A DNA stretch of 63,779 bases, filler included, from Nemertoderma westbladi (Eukaryota > Animalia > Xenacoelomorpha), in NCBI GenBank assembly GCA_032718475.1. It is 3 parts of 3 records of this genome, joined end to end, with 100 filler letters (N's around TTAATTAATTAA, not from the genome) between each part and the next. Parts side by side here need not be neighbours in the genome. Positions count along the whole stretch, not along the records: positions 46,881 to 63,779 come from JAUCBJ010006415.1; 2 more parts are not named here. One strand, written 5' to 3'. Shown one piece after another: positions 63,250-63,779 of this stretch (its first letter is position 1; every line of letters begins with the position of its first letter). Position numbers and translations under genes: made by a program. Below the pieces are notes generated by a model. It made no database searches and was not told where the DNA came from. It saw only the letters and a list, made by a program, of their open reading frames with translations.

Positions 63250-63779
63250 GTACCCAGACTGTAATCATGGCCTCCGGTACCCAGACTATAATCGGAGTAT
63301 TCAGTACCCAGACTATAATCATGGCCTCCGGTACCCAGACTATAATCATGGCCTCCGGTACCCAGACTATAATCATGGCCTCCGGTACCCAGACTATAAT
63401 CATGGCCTCCGGTACCCAGACTATAATCATGGCCTCCAGTACCCAGACTGTAATCATGGCCTCCGGTACCCAGACTATAATCATGGCCTCCGGTACCCAG
63501 ACTATAATCATGGCCTCCGGTACCCAGACTATAATCATGGCCTCCGGTACCCAGACTATAATCATGGCCTCCAGTACCCAGACTATAATCATGGCCTCCG
63601 GTACCCAGACTATAATGAGAACCTCCGGTACCCAGACTATAATCAGAGTATTCTGTACCCAGACTATAATCATGGCCCCCGGTACCCAGACTATAATCAT
63701 GGCCTCCAGTACCCAGACTATAATCATGGCCTCCGGTACCCAGACTATAATCAGAACCTCCGGTACCCAGACTATAATC
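63250..63779. repeat. 27-bp minisatellite running off the window end
   Basis: Unit ACTATAATCATGGCCTCCGGTACCCAG. Confidence 0.95.

Noticed and set aside
10655-63779. CRISPR-like arrays among the tandem repeats
   Set aside because: The units are head-to-tail with no unique spacers, there are no cas genes, and the context is eukaryotic.

Overview
This is AT-rich invertebrate metazoan genomic DNA, not prokaryotic. It is made of three contigs joined by 100-nt N spacers that carry an artificial TTAATTAATTAA linker (22731-22830, 46781-46880), so gene order across the gaps is unproven. Recognisable genes are: exon 1 of a ZDHHC3/7-type palmitoyltransferase; BOP1, SDA1/SDAD1, RCC1 and a Slo1/BK-type K+ channel, all with intron-free CDSs; a three-exon CFAP97-domain ciliary gene; a 5'-truncated ROC-COR-CARD-CARD (kinase-less ROCO) gene; and one tRNA-Gln(TTG). 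The rest is LINEs, tRNA-derived SINEs, many TIR/MITE elements, a tyrosine-recombinase relic, a THAP relic and many minisatellites. The most striking features are: (1) a ~4.4-kb, ~100-copy 42-bp array in intron 1 of the CFAP97D gene that is a tandem amplification of that gene's own exon end plus 5' splice site; (2) an intronless BK channel that lacks the key S4 gating Arg but keeps the calcium-bowl ligands; (3) other arrays seeded at gene signals such as the RCC1 stop codon; (4) dense TA-x-TA motifs resembling Tc1/mariner excision footprints, including a nested array; (5) a ~280-bp palindrome with a degenerate minimal hammerhead ribozyme (Penelope-like). All family assignments come from motif recognition by eye; no database searches were run.
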